From a virus, in the IMG/VR virus record IMGVR_UViG_3300034066_001346, positions 1 through 64,000 of that record: 64,000 bases of DNA, one strand, 5' to 3'. Below the pieces are notes generated by a model. That model saw nothing but the letters and a program-made list of their open reading frames with translations, did no database searches and was not told the DNA's origin. Position 1 is the stretch's first letter. Each line of letters opens with the position of its first letter. A program made the translations under genes and the position numbers. Shown piece after piece: positions 9,914 to 19,392 of the stretch.

Positions 9914-9988
9914 TAGGAGTAGTGAGATTTGAACTCACAGTCGTTTGTATATAAGACAAATGCTTTAACCAAATTAAGCTATACTCCC
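9914..9988 (-). tRNA. tRNA-Ile(UAU)
   Basis: Cloverleaf; anticodon arm TTTGT-CTTATAT-ACAAA. Confidence 0.85.
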
Positions 9989-10075
9989 AAAATGAGAGTT
10001 AGCGTATTCGTAAATGCATCATACAATGATTATATCTTGACCTGCCCAAATATGTCAATATGGTATAATTAACCT

Positions 10076-10882
10076 ATGTTTAAAGATAACCCTAATATAG
10101 AGCAAATCGGTACAAACGTTTTTGTATACAGAAACTTTGTACCAGCAGAATTAGTTAAAACAATTAATGACAAAATGGCCACATACGAACTTGAAGACTA
10201 TAAAATTCAAAATGGTGAAGTTGCTATTAATTGGTACTCAGAGAAAAGCAGTAAGCTTACTCCAGAGTTATTCCCTGTATGGGACATGATTACAGAGCTA
10301 CTAGCTCCTGAACATTGCATTCACCCAAATTTATCTTTACTAGCGATGCGCCCAGGCGACACAATGTTTGTTCACTCAGATTCACCTGGAAGAGACATGG
10401 AAGAAGATCTTACTCAACCAGATAGATGGAACACATGCTGCATTATTGAATATGGTGTTTGTGTTTACTTTGGCGATTACGAAGGTGGAGAGATCTACTA
10501 TCCAAATATCAGCGCAGAAGACGGTTCAACACTCATTGACCATGACACTGACCCAAACTGCCTAACATATGCTGCAAAGCCTGGAGATCTTGTTATACAC
10601 GGTTCTACACACCCTTGGGAACATGGAGTGCGTGAAGTAAAATCTGGAATAAGATATTGCTACTCAAACTTCTCTGTTTTCTCACATGAGAATCCTGGAA
10701 CATTTCCAGTTCCTGGTTCTGAAGAAGAATTAGCACGTAGATCTGATCCTGGACTATGGATGACACCTCTTGGAGAAGTTAATCCACTTACTGGAGTAGC
10801 TCTAACAACCGAAACACATAAAGCTAAGTTTGGTGTTGGTGCCCCTACTCCTGTTGATACAGTATGGAATAAATCTTTATAA
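10076..10882 (+). CDS. 2OG-Fe(II) oxygenase (P4H-like)
   Basis: HSD, DYEGGEIYY and HGVREVKSGIRY motifs; promoter TTGACC..TGGTATAAT immediately upstream, so possibly leaderless. Confidence 0.85.
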   Translation: MFKDNPNIEQIGTNVFVYRNFVPAELVKTINDKMATYELEDYKIQNGEVAINWYSEKSSKLTPELFPVWDMITELLAPEHCIHPNLSLLAMRPGDTMFVHSDSPGRDMEEDLTQPDRWNTCCIIEYGVCVYFGDYEGGEIYYPNISAEDGSTLIDHDTDPNCLTYAAKPGDLVIHGSTHPWEHGVREVKSGIRYCYSNFSVFSHENPGTFPVPGSEEELARRSDPGLWMTPLGEVNPLTGVALTTETHKAKFGVGAPTPVDTVWNKSL

Positions 10883-11241
10883 TATTGCATTAAATAGTGC
10901 GAAAAAAGTGCGTCGGCGGTAGAAGAACCATATTTTTTATTTAATGTGGAATGTACACACTTATACTTACTCTTTATTCTTTGCTTTTATCTTTATAATG
11001 ATACTTCCAGATTTAGAGCATACAACCCCTATACCCCTTTTATGTTTTTAAAAGAGAACCCCGAAATTGTCCATTTATAAGATAGCAATTCATCGGTTGA
11101 ACTTGGGCGGGAACGCCCAAAGCCAGGATTGCATAATCTAGAAGTATATAATACACTTCCGTCATTATCGCACTTGGAGTTTAACCCCTTGATATTATCT
11201 CCGAAAACTGTCCAAGGTGATTAGTATAACATGGGAGATTT

Positions 11242-11916
11242 TTACAGGTCAAGAGTATTAAAAAAGTTTTCTGCTTTTGCTACAAATAGATACATAATTT
11301 TTTCATTATATATATCATCAAGACCATCCATTGGATGTGGAGCTATATTCCTTGTCATTGATTCATCTAATTCATTTACACCAAGTGCAGCAAGGATTTC
11401 TTCTTGAGATATTGGCTTTGGTAAGCCTAATTCCTCAATTCTATTATTCATCCCCGCCAAAAATAATTTGTTCTGATTTTGTCTATCTTCATATGTATAC
11501 TCTGCAGATATTCCAGGAAATTTTAACAGCATTTGTTTAAACTGTGGTAATGGTTCAGCAAATAGAATATTGCTATCTTTAAAGTAGTCGACTGTAATAT
11601 CTACATATGTCCTGGCAATTTCATCTGCATTGTCATACCTAGTTAAATAGGTTCTAATGTCTACATATCCAATCCAAGGAATAACTAGATCACATTTTGG
11701 AAGCTCATTAAATTCAATTGAATGATCTTGTCCATCTGGTGGTAATTCCATTCCAGAAGATCTTACTTTTAGCTCCGCCGTTTTTTTATAATCTAGAGCA
11801 TGAGCTCTATATCCAGCTAGTCCCCAAAAATGTATATCTAATTTAGTTTGATCTTTTTTATAATGCTCAAATATTCTAGATGTATGACAATCACCAACTA
11901 TCGCAACATTTCTCAT
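11242..11916 (-). CDS. SGNH/GDSL-like protein, paralogue of 43718-44488
   Basis: IVGDCH, GYVDIR and EPLPQF shared with 43718-44488. Confidence 0.55.
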   Translation of the reverse strand: MRNVAIVGDCHTSRIFEHYKKDQTKLDIHFWGLAGYRAHALDYKKTAELKVRSSGMELPPDGQDHSIEFNELPKCDLVIPWIGYVDIRTYLTRYDNADEIARTYVDITVDYFKDSNILFAEPLPQFKQMLLKFPGISAEYTYEDRQNQNKLFLAGMNNRIEELGLPKPISQEEILAALGVNELDESMTRNIAPHPMDGLDDIYNEKIMYLFVAKAENFFNTLDL

Positions 11917-12054
11917 ACTCTAATTATACCAGCGTATAATCCTAGTCGACTACAATATCAGATCTCATAAAATGTTAATATATATTTTTCTTGTATGATA
12001 CACACCATTTAGAATGTCCGAATTGTCCGATAGTGCGACCATATGACCAGTCTT

Positions 12055-12070
12055 TGTGACCCTTATCACA
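12055..12070. promoter_or_regulatory. CRP/GlxR-type site TGTGA-N6-TCACA
   Basis: TGTGACCCTTATCACA. Confidence 0.7.
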
Positions 12071-12118
12071 TACCTTTTTTTAGAAATGTCCGAATTAAAC
12101 CCATTTTGGATTTGAATT

Positions 12119-12140
12119 TGTCAGTGGCTTAGTATAGTCT
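12119..12140 (+). promoter_or_regulatory. Early promoter TGTCAG-N10-TAGTCT
   Basis: Copy 1 of 13 with identical spacing. Confidence 0.7.
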
Positions 12141-12185
12141 TAAGACATAAGGTTAATCAAGGTGATTAACAGAAAGGAGTTAGAA

Positions 12186-13312
12186 ATGACTAACTCAAAC
12201 TTTGCAAGAGTAGCAACTCTTAGCGACTATCCACAAGGGTTAATGAACCTTTGTCAATGCGGACAGGTTGTTTTAGCCCCCGCTACAATTCACGACATTT
12301 GCCTACCAAATGGCACTTGCCTACATACCGCTTGCGGTAGAGACATTTGGGGAAACCCAATCGCCTAACGGCGTGTCTCCCCAATTTGTCACCGCTATAC
12401 GCTACAATTCCTACTATAACTACTAACGAAAGAAGAACAGACAATGACTATCACTTACTCAATCTGGCAAGGCTCTAAACTAATCTCGGTTAATAATGTT
12501 GCACATGAGGTCAAGGCTATTGACCACTTAATCAACTCGCTTAACGATAGCGAACTAGGCAAGGGTAAGAAATTTACCGCTAATGTAATGGACATCAAGG
12601 TAGGGGCTAACTAATGACTAAATGGGACACGATACAAGCAGATGTGCAAGACCAATACGCACACCTAGCAGAAGAAGAAATGTATGAGCAACTAATGGCA
12701 GAAGAAGAAGATGTATTCGGATTTGTTAAGGCTATACAGATTGACCACTTAACAGATGAACAACTAGATGAGGTATTCGACATGTTTGGAGATAAGTAAT
12801 GACTATCGAACTAAACGAATACGGCTTCATGTTTGACATGGGCGATTTTATCTATCTATCCCTATCATGGGCTTTTATTATCTTGTCCGCCCTTGTTTTT
12901 ATCGGGTATAAGGTTTATAAGAGAGTGCAAGCCCATAGATGGGCATCACTAGTAAAAGATGAACTATCTACAGATGAATGGGGTATCTAATGAATAGACT
13001 ACTTACTACACTAGTGCAACTATCTATTGCTATCCCCGCCCTATACATGGCACGCATTGTATGGCATGACTTTATTAGCGAGATGAAGGAGTTATTTAAT
13101 TGAGTATGACACAATTTGAAAGAGACCTAACTATAAAAGAAAGCTTTATGGATTTACTTAATGAGATTTATCCAGAGGTAAAGATTGGGTACTCTACCTT
13201 TACCCCCGCCGAGATCTTGGAGTGTTGCGACCCTATCGCCTTTAACATTGGTGTTATAGAGCATGAGGACTACATGCGTGAGTGTGGCATGCTAGATGAT
13301 GAAGATATGTAA
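12186..13312 (+). other. Cluster of small early hypothetical ORFs (12186-12368, 12444-12614, 12614-12799, 12799-12990, 12990-13103, 13100-13312)
   Basis: Tightly packed plus-strand ORFs with TAATG-type overlaps and RBS. Confidence 0.7.
12387..12408 (+). promoter_or_regulatory. Early promoter TGTCAC-N10-TACAAT
   Basis: Repeated motif; CGGCGTGTC just upstream at 12369-12377. Confidence 0.7.
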
Positions 13313-13327
13313 ATCATACTAGCCTAG

Positions 13328-13435
13328 CGGCGTGTCGGCTTGACAATAGTCAAGCTGGCCCCCAAAGGAGAGGGGGCTGTGGATAAGTTAAGAAGGCCTG
13401 TGGAAAAACCCTGAAATTTTGTGAGCAACATCACA
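13328..13435. repeat. Composite intergenic element (hairpins, DnaA box, TTAAG-N16-CCCTGAA, CRP site)
   Basis: GCCCCC-N8-GGGGGC 13358-13377; TGTGGATAA 13378; CRP site 13420-13435. Confidence 0.85.
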
Positions 13436-13452
13436 TCAAATAGATTAGGATT

Positions 13453-13474
13453 TGTCGGTCATGTGTGATAGGCT
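13453..13474 (+). promoter_or_regulatory. Early promoter TGTCGG-N10-TAGGCT
   Basis: Repeated motif. Confidence 0.65.
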
Positions 13475-13499
13475 TTCGTTATCAACGAAAGGAAAACTT

Positions 13500-13953
13500 A
13501 TGTGTGCAACATGCTATGCTAACGCTAACGGAATAAAGTTTTATTCTGTTTCACCATCTACTCTATGCGATACTCATTTCTTTGAGTGGCAAGAGGAAAA
13601 AATGTATTGGGAATTAGACCGCTCAACGGAAGGACTTTACATATGAGCACTTTTGTATCTGTAAACTCTGTATGTGGTGCAGTATCTACCACAATCGATA
13701 TGTATGATTTAGAATTAAATCCGCATGGTGTTATCTGTTGCGATAATTGTCAAAGCATTGTGTTATGCCGTGAGGCGTGGAATTTTTTATACAAGGGGGT
13801 AAAGTAATGAATACAGATCTGTTAAAAGATGTCGCATCTATTGCAAAAGAAAAGCATGGCGATAATTGGCTTGCTTATCTTTGGGGCGCATCTCAAGTTT
13901 TGCTTAACGAAAAAGATTTGCAAATAATTTTAGAAACTTTGCAAGATAATTAA
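13500..13953 (+). other. Three small early ORFs (13500-13646 and 13643-13807 Cys-rich; 13807-13953)
   Basis: AACGAAAGGA RBS and overlapping stop/start codons. Confidence 0.6.
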
Positions 13954-13960
13954 ATAAAGG

Positions 13961-14102
13961 CGGCGTGTCGACTTGACAAAGTCGGCAGCTGCCCCCAAAG
14001 ATGAGGGGGCTGTGGATAACTTACGTATAAATGTGGAAAACCCCTGAAAAATTGTGGATAACTTGTGTACGACACGCCCGAGATCTTGTGAGATTTATCA
14101 CA
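13961..14102. repeat. Composite intergenic element with 2 perfect DnaA boxes and a CRP site
   Basis: GCCCCC-N8-GGGGGC 13991-14010; TGTGGATAA at 14011 and 14053; CRP site 14087-14102. Confidence 0.85.
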
Positions 14103-14150
14103 TGGCTTGAGCGTCTCACATCTTGGAATTACTGGCTAGTAATTAGTTTA

Positions 14151-14172
14151 TGTCAGTGGGTTTTGGTACAAT
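14151..14172 (+). promoter_or_regulatory. Early promoter TGTCAG-N10-TACAAT
   Basis: Repeated motif. Confidence 0.75.
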
Positions 14173-14202
14173 ACTCTTATCAACAAACGAAAGGCGGACA
14201 CC

Positions 14203-15081
14203 ATGTCAGCAAATGTCTATACAATCGAAAGCCTACTTGTAGGAAAAACCTATCGCTCAAAGTCTCTTACTGGAGAAATCATAGACGCAGAAAAGTCTGA
14301 TGATGTCTGGTATGCAGATTGCGATACTTATAAAGTGCAGGTTCGTCCTCACTATTCAGCACCGCTAAACCTCAAAGACACTTATCGTTATTTGGCAGTA
14401 AAGATTTAACGGGTATCGAAACAGGGGTAGTTTAGAGGGAGTCCTCGCCCAATGTCGTAAGTAAGAACCCTCACAAAATTTGTCAGCCCTAACTGATACA
14501 ATAACTTAAACAAACAAACGAAAGGAAAACTATAAATGGGAAATTTCTTAGATGTAATGGACGAGGGAACTATCTCCGTCATCACTTGCGAGGATTGCTT
14601 AGGATTTGGCGCAATCTTTTGGGGAGATGAAAACTCCTATGATGTAGAGCCATGCGATTGCGTAACTAACGAAATTGGAGATTACTAAAATGTATAAGAT
14701 TACTTTATCCTATGACGGAAATTCTGTTCGCTGGAGTAATGACTATGATGATGCATTGGAAGCATTTACCGCATTTGCTAAATTTACTGATGTCGGATTT
14801 GCTAACGAATACTCAACGATTAACCTATCAATGCCAACAGGCAAGATGTACACAAAAGTAATTGACCGCATGGGAAAGGTAACAATTAAATGATGACCCG
14901 TAAAGACTATGTCGCAACCGCAGAAATTCTAAAGTATGTTAGCGATAAAACTCATCCCGCTGTTTTTTCTAAAATGGTAAATGATTTTGCGGAAATGTTC
15001 GCAAAGGATAACGACCGATTTGATGTAACACGATTTCACGAAGCGAGTGGATACAATGTTCCAAAATTCACTTCGAGATAA
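14203..15081 (+). other. Small early ORFs (14203-14409, 14536-14688, 14690-14893, 14890-15081)
   Basis: RBS-preceded plus-strand ORFs. Confidence 0.65.
14481..14502 (+). promoter_or_regulatory. Early promoter TGTCAG-N10-TACAAT
   Basis: Repeated motif. Confidence 0.75.
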
Positions 15082-15290
15082 AGTAAAACGCATTCAGGAA
15101 TTGCGCCGCAGTAATGCGGCGCAACCTGTTCGCAATAAAAAAACTTACACACGCAAAATAAAACACAAAAAGAATTCTGATCATGATTGATTTTATTGCT
15201 GCAGTAATTTCAATTGGAATTATTTTTGCAATGGCCACACCGCTATACGTTGCATATAAAGTGTGGAAGAGTTGACAATTCTTTAAAGCT

Positions 15291-15367
15291 GCCCCCAAAG
15301 GTGCGGGGGCAAAGATCTCTTTAAGTCAAGCACCAAAACACCCTGGAATTTTGTGAGGTTTATCACA
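15291..15367. repeat. Composite intergenic element with CRP site
   Basis: GCCCCC-N8-GGGGGC 15291-15310; TTAAG..CCCTGGAA; CRP site 15352-15367. Confidence 0.8.
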
Positions 15368-15405
15368 TAAATAAATTAGATAAACATTGGGCGTGTTGGA
15401 ATTTT

Positions 15406-15427
15406 TGTCAGTGGACCATGCTACAAT
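15406..15427 (+). promoter_or_regulatory. Early promoter TGTCAG-N10-TACAAT
   Basis: Repeated motif. Confidence 0.75.
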
Positions 15428-15457
15428 TCCATTATCAAACAAACGAAAGGTAAAACA

Positions 15458-16328
15458 ATGGTATCAATCGCACACTCTCTAAACTTCGTAACAGAGGTTG
15501 ATGAAACTAACCCAACAGGTGCCCGTCTATTGGCACTTGATAAGGCGTCACAAATTGCTATGCTAGAAGGCGCATTAAAGTCTATGGTGCTACCTGCAAT
15601 TTATCCAGTACTAGAAACAATTAACGAAGGTGGCTCTTGGGCTATCGTAAAGGTGGCAGAATAAATGGGATACAACACTGCGCTAGATTTATCTAATGAA
15701 TTAGATTTAGAGGTTGCTCTTGGTTATCACTTGCAAGGTAATCACTATCCACCAGTTCCGCTTTCTATGGTGGAGCCTTGCATAGAAGCAATTGATGCTT
15801 TCTATGATGAGGACTACAATCGTGAAATTGCTTTACCTGAAGGCGTGTTATGGCGTGGACAGGTTACTGCACCCGCATCCGCAATTGTTGATGCACACCA
15901 CTTAAATGCTTGGCTACCAGAGGAGGAATACTAATGAACAATCTTTATTCTATCTTATCCGAAAGACACCCAGACGGAGACTTTAATGAAATGGATCTAT
16001 GGGAGGCTATCGCAGACTCAGAAGGCTTGGAGCTGAACGAAATTATGGACGGCGACCTAACAGAATACTTGTGATGCTTATCACACCCCAGGGGCTTGAT
16101 AAATGTCAGACCCTAATGCTACAATAACACCCTAAACAGAAAGGAAGCAAAATGACAGTAAATGGATACACTTACAAGGTTGGCGATTTATTCACCACTC
16201 TTAAGTCAAAGAAAACTGGAGTAATCAAAGAGATTATTCCTAACGCATCTGGCTCGGTGCGTGTGCTACTGGAAATGCCAACAAAGGAAACTCGTTGGAC
16301 AACAGTTAGCAACAATAGCCTAGTATAA
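15458..16328 (+). other. Small early ORFs (15458-15664, 15665-15934, 15934-16074, 16152-16328)
   Basis: RBS-preceded plus-strand ORFs. Confidence 0.65.
16070..16125 (+). promoter_or_regulatory. CRP site (16070-16085) plus early promoter TGTCAG-N10-TACAAT (16104-16125)
   Basis: TGTGATGCTTATCACA; repeated promoter motif. Confidence 0.75.
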
Positions 16329-16351
16329 GGAAGTGGAGGGGTCTCACTATT

Positions 16352-16373
16352 TGTCAGACCCCTCCGCTATAAT
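16352..16373 (+). promoter_or_regulatory. Early promoter TGTCAG-N10-TATAAT overlapped by a 10-bp inverted repeat
   Basis: GGAGGGGTCT at 16335 pairs with AGACCCCTCC at 16356. Confidence 0.75.
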
Positions 16374-16409
16374 ACAATTAACCAAACCAACTAACGAAAG
16401 AGGAAACAA

Positions 16410-16832
16410 ATGGCTAGAGGAAAAGCAATCTCAGTAAAAATCGCAACACCAAAGGTAATCAAGGCACTTGAGGCAAAGTTAGTAGAACTTAACGCCAACT
16501 ATGCTAATCAAGAAACAAACGAAGCAAAGTACAAGAAGGCTATGGAAAAGTGGCAGAAGGAAATTACTGCCTATGCCGTTTCTAACATCAAGAAGGCAGA
16601 AAACTTCCGTACCAACTATCGTGCTTGGAATAACACTCTCAACATTGACTTTGATTTGACAGTTACACAATCAGACCTGCCAACAGAGCCTGAGCGTGAC
16701 TTTGAGCAGATGGGTCGTCACACATACCTAGAGCAAAAGCAAGAAATCGAAAACGCAATTCGTATTCTCAAGATGACAGATGAGGAAACAGTTAATACCA
16801 GCACTTACAATGCGGTTGCTCGTTATCTCTAA
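16410..16832 (+). CDS. Early hypothetical coiled-coil protein
   Basis: 140-aa ORF with a strong RBS. Confidence 0.75.
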   Translation: MARGKAISVKIATPKVIKALEAKLVELNANYANQETNEAKYKKAMEKWQKEITAYAVSNIKKAENFRTNYRAWNNTLNIDFDLTVTQSDLPTEPERDFEQMGRHTYLEQKQEIENAIRILKMTDEETVNTSTYNAVARYL

Positions 16833-16841
16833 ATAATCTAA

Positions 16842-16869
16842 CGACCTGAGCATGTCGCCAAACTGCTCA
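16842..16869 (+). ncRNA. H-type pseudoknot motif (stem-CTGAGCA-stem-AAAC-TGCTCA), copy 1
   Basis: Three covarying copies in the window. Confidence 0.6.
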
Positions 16870-16904
16870 CACCTTCGGGTGTCCCTACTAACAAAGGTAA
16901 TAAA

Positions 16905-17165
16905 ATGGCTAATCGTTTCAGAATAGAAATCTATGATGAAAACAAGCAAAATGATTTAACAATTTATTCAGAGCAAGGCGTGGACAAAGACTATTTAACT
17001 GAATTAGTTTATAGCAACATAGCACGCTTTGATGGTAATGTAAAAGCATTTGTATTCGATACAATTAAAAAGAAGAAGACAACTGCAATGTTTTTACCAA
17101 TGGAAATAATTACATCTGTTAAATCTAAACTATCTAATACTGCTAAGGAATTACACTTAGCATAA
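16905..17165 (+). CDS. Early hypothetical protein
   Basis: ORF with AAAGG RBS. Confidence 0.7.
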   Translation: MANRFRIEIYDENKQNDLTIYSEQGVDKDYLTELVYSNIARFDGNVKAFVFDTIKKKKTTAMFLPMEIITSVKSKLSNTAKELHLA

Positions 17166-17169
17166 AGCT

Positions 17170-17206
17170 TGGGGCGGGATCTTAATGCCTTTTGTGTCCC
17201 GCCCCA
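17170..17206 (+). terminator. GC-rich hairpin terminator
   Basis: TGGGGCGGGA..TCCCGCCCCA after the stop codon. Confidence 0.6.
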
Positions 17207-17225
17207 TCTTCCCAACTTTAAATCT

Positions 17226-17364
17226 GCCCCCAAATATGTGGGCGGTTATCCACAGACTTACGGCCTCCTGTGGAAAACCCCTGAAAATTTGTGAGATTCA
17301 TCACATTTTATTTGTCGACAAATGACTGTCTAATCTTGTTAATGTCAGTGCCCTATGTTATACT
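17226..17364 (+). promoter_or_regulatory. Composite element with DnaA box (17246), CRP site (17290-17305) and early promoter (17343-17364)
   Basis: TTATCCACA; TTACG-N16-CCCTGAA; TGTGAGATTCATCACA; TGTCAG-N10-TATACT. Confidence 0.8.
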
Positions 17365-17396
17365 CAGTTTATCAACCAACCGAAAGGAAATAAATT

Positions 17397-18401
17397 ATGG
17401 CTCATAATCTAGAAACTGAAAATGGCGAAGTTGCTTTTGCTTTGCGTGGAAAACCAGCATGGCATGGATTAGCAAATCGCATCTTTAATCAAGATGAAGA
17501 AGTTACAACACAAACAATGCTTAATGAAGCAAAGTTGTCTAATTGGAATGTTCGTCTATCTCCAATCACTGAGCACATTCCAGAATCATGGAATGATGTT
17601 TCTACCGCATCTCTTGTGTTGCGTGACAATCCATTCAATGGCGGAACTGATGTTCTTGCTACTGTTGGTAAGCGTTACAAGCCAGTGCAGAATGAAGAAT
17701 TGTTTGCATTTGCTGATGCTATTCATGATGCAGACCCAAATTGTTTTTGGGAATCTGCTGGCTCATTGCGTAGCGGTAAAGTTGTTTTTGGTACTGTGGA
17801 CATTCCCCGCACAATGGTGCTTGACCCACAAGGTGCAAATGACGAGACAAAACTTTATTTAATTGTTTGGACATCTCATGACGGGTCAGTTGCTGTTCAG
17901 GCTGCTGTTACTCCTGTTCGTGTTGTATGCCAAAACACTCTTAACCTTGCAATGCGTAATGCAAAGCAATCTTTTAAGATTCGTCATACACAATCAGTTG
18001 AAGGACGAATTCAAGTTGCCCGTGAGACTCTCGGTCTTGCTCTAGGATACTTTGATGAATTTGAGAAGGAAGCACAAGCAATGTTCAATCAATCAATTAC
18101 TGATGCAGAATTCTCAAAGTTGATTCAGACAATCTACCCAAAGCCTGAAAAGGATTCTAAGGGTGCGCTAAAGAAGTGGGAAAACAAAGTTGTTTTGCTT
18201 GATGATTTGTATCATAACTCACCAACCAATGCGACAATCAAGGGAACAAAGTGGGGCGCATTTAATGCACTTACTGAACGCCTAGATTACTATCGTACTG
18301 CACGAGGAAATTCTGAATCACTTATTGCAGGTGCATCAGGATTTGACCCTGTTCTTACCGCAGAAAAAAATAAAATTAAAAAATTAGTTTCTGCGTTTTA
18401 A
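17397..18401 (+). CDS. DUF932 / TIGR03299-family phage-plasmid protein
   Basis: PAWHGL, YKPVQN, SHDGS, TPVRVVCQNTL, IRHT and GTKWGAFNALTE motifs. Confidence 0.85.
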   Translation: MAHNLETENGEVAFALRGKPAWHGLANRIFNQDEEVTTQTMLNEAKLSNWNVRLSPITEHIPESWNDVSTASLVLRDNPFNGGTDVLATVGKRYKPVQNEELFAFADAIHDADPNCFWESAGSLRSGKVVFGTVDIPRTMVLDPQGANDETKLYLIVWTSHDGSVAVQAAVTPVRVVCQNTLNLAMRNAKQSFKIRHTQSVEGRIQVARETLGLALGYFDEFEKEAQAMFNQSITDAEFSKLIQTIYPKPEKDSKGALKKWENKVVLLDDLYHNSPTNATIKGTKWGAFNALTERLDYYRTARGNSESLIAGASGFDPVLTAEKNKIKKLVSAF

Positions 18402-18408
18402 TAAATAA

Positions 18409-18437
18409 AAATCCTGAGCAAGATTTAAAACTGCTCA
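18409..18437 (+). ncRNA. H-type pseudoknot motif, copy 2, directly 5' of the tRNA pair
   Basis: AAATC-CTGAGCAA-GATTT-AAAAC-TGCTCA. Confidence 0.6.
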
Positions 18438-18443
18438 CCATTT

Positions 18444-18517
18444 GGTCTGTTAGCTCAGTTGGTTAGAGCGCTACCCTGTCACGGTAGAGGCCGTCGGTTC
18501 AAGTCCGATACAGATCG
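18444..18517 (+). tRNA. tRNA-Asp(GUC)
   Basis: Cloverleaf; CTACC-CTGTCAC-GGTAG; G73. Confidence 0.92.
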
Positions 18518-18521
18518 CAAG

Positions 18522-18595
18522 GTGCCATTAGCTCAGTTGGTTAGAGCCCCGAACTCATAATTCGGTCGTCGTAGGTTCAAGTCCTACATGGCACA
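18522..18595 (+). tRNA. tRNA with CAU anticodon (elongator Met or Ile2)
   Basis: Cloverleaf; CCGAA-CTCATAA-TTCGG; paired 1:72 so not an initiator. Confidence 0.88.
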
Positions 18596-18615
18596 CCTTA
18601 CAGTTGCAGAAAGAT

Positions 18616-18708
18616 GCCCCCATACCTGAAGGCAGCCTAATTCCGTTACGACCAATTTAAAAAAACCCCTGAAATCTGTTGACATTTGTCAGTGGCATCC
18701 GCTATAAT
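18616..18708 (+). promoter_or_regulatory. Composite element plus early promoter (TTGACA 18679; TGTCAG-N10-TATAAT 18687-18708)
   Basis: TTACG at 18646 and CCCTGAA at 18667; repeated promoter motif. Confidence 0.8.
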
Positions 18709-18738
18709 TCTGACATATCACCAACGAAAGGATATCAA

Positions 18739-19392
18739 ATGCCAAACTGGGTATTTAATGGATTAACCGTAGAAGGTAATCCTGAATCAGTTAAGAAAAT
18801 GATGGCTCAATTAAATAAGCCATTTACTCAAATGCATGATTCATGGGATGTAAGTAAGAATACATTCATGAAGAAGAATACTTTATATGCAGAGCCTGTC
18901 TTTGCATTTCATAATATCTATAACTACATGGATGCTGGTATTACTGAAGAAGTATATCTTGGTCAGCCTGACTATTCCCTCCCAATTTCAGAAGCAATGA
19001 AGTGTCTTACTGATGACTGGTATAACTTTAATATCCGTGAGTGGGGAACTAAATGGGATGTTGCCGTATCTGTAAATGACAAGTATCCTGATACTAATAT
19101 GGAGGAAACCGCCAATGGTGATAACCATGTAGTTCATTATAATTTTCAAACTGCTTGGGGTCGCCCAATGGGTGCATTAACTAAACTATCTGCACAATAC
19201 CCTGACTTGCTATTTACTTTATCATATGAGGAAGAGACTGGCTGGGGCGGTGAACTAGAAATCCTTCGTGGTGTAGTTATCTCAGAATCAGAATACGATA
19301 ACATTTGTCGTGAATGTGATGAGACTGATTGTTTAATCTATGATGATGAAAAGGGTGTAGAGACATGCCAGAAGTGTGGGTATGAATCATGA
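18739..19392 (+). CDS. DUF1281 / YubB ferredoxin-like domain protein
   Basis: MPNWVFN, DWYNFNIREWGTKWD, FQTAW and YEEE motifs. Confidence 0.75.
   Translation: MPNWVFNGLTVEGNPESVKKMMAQLNKPFTQMHDSWDVSKNTFMKKNTLYAEPVFAFHNIYNYMDAGITEEVYLGQPDYSLPISEAMKCLTDDWYNFNIREWGTKWDVAVSVNDKYPDTNMEETANGDNHVVHYNFQTAWGRPMGALTKLSAQYPDLLFTLSYEEETGWGGELEILRGVVISESEYDNICRECDETDCLIYDDEKGVETCQKCGYES

Noticed and set aside
14031-14300. ORF-track calls crossing regulatory cassettes (14031-14300, 23512-23793, and the 5' extensions at 13452, 18679 and 21148)
   Set aside because: They run through promoter, DnaA and CRP motifs; better starts follow the AACGAAAG RBS
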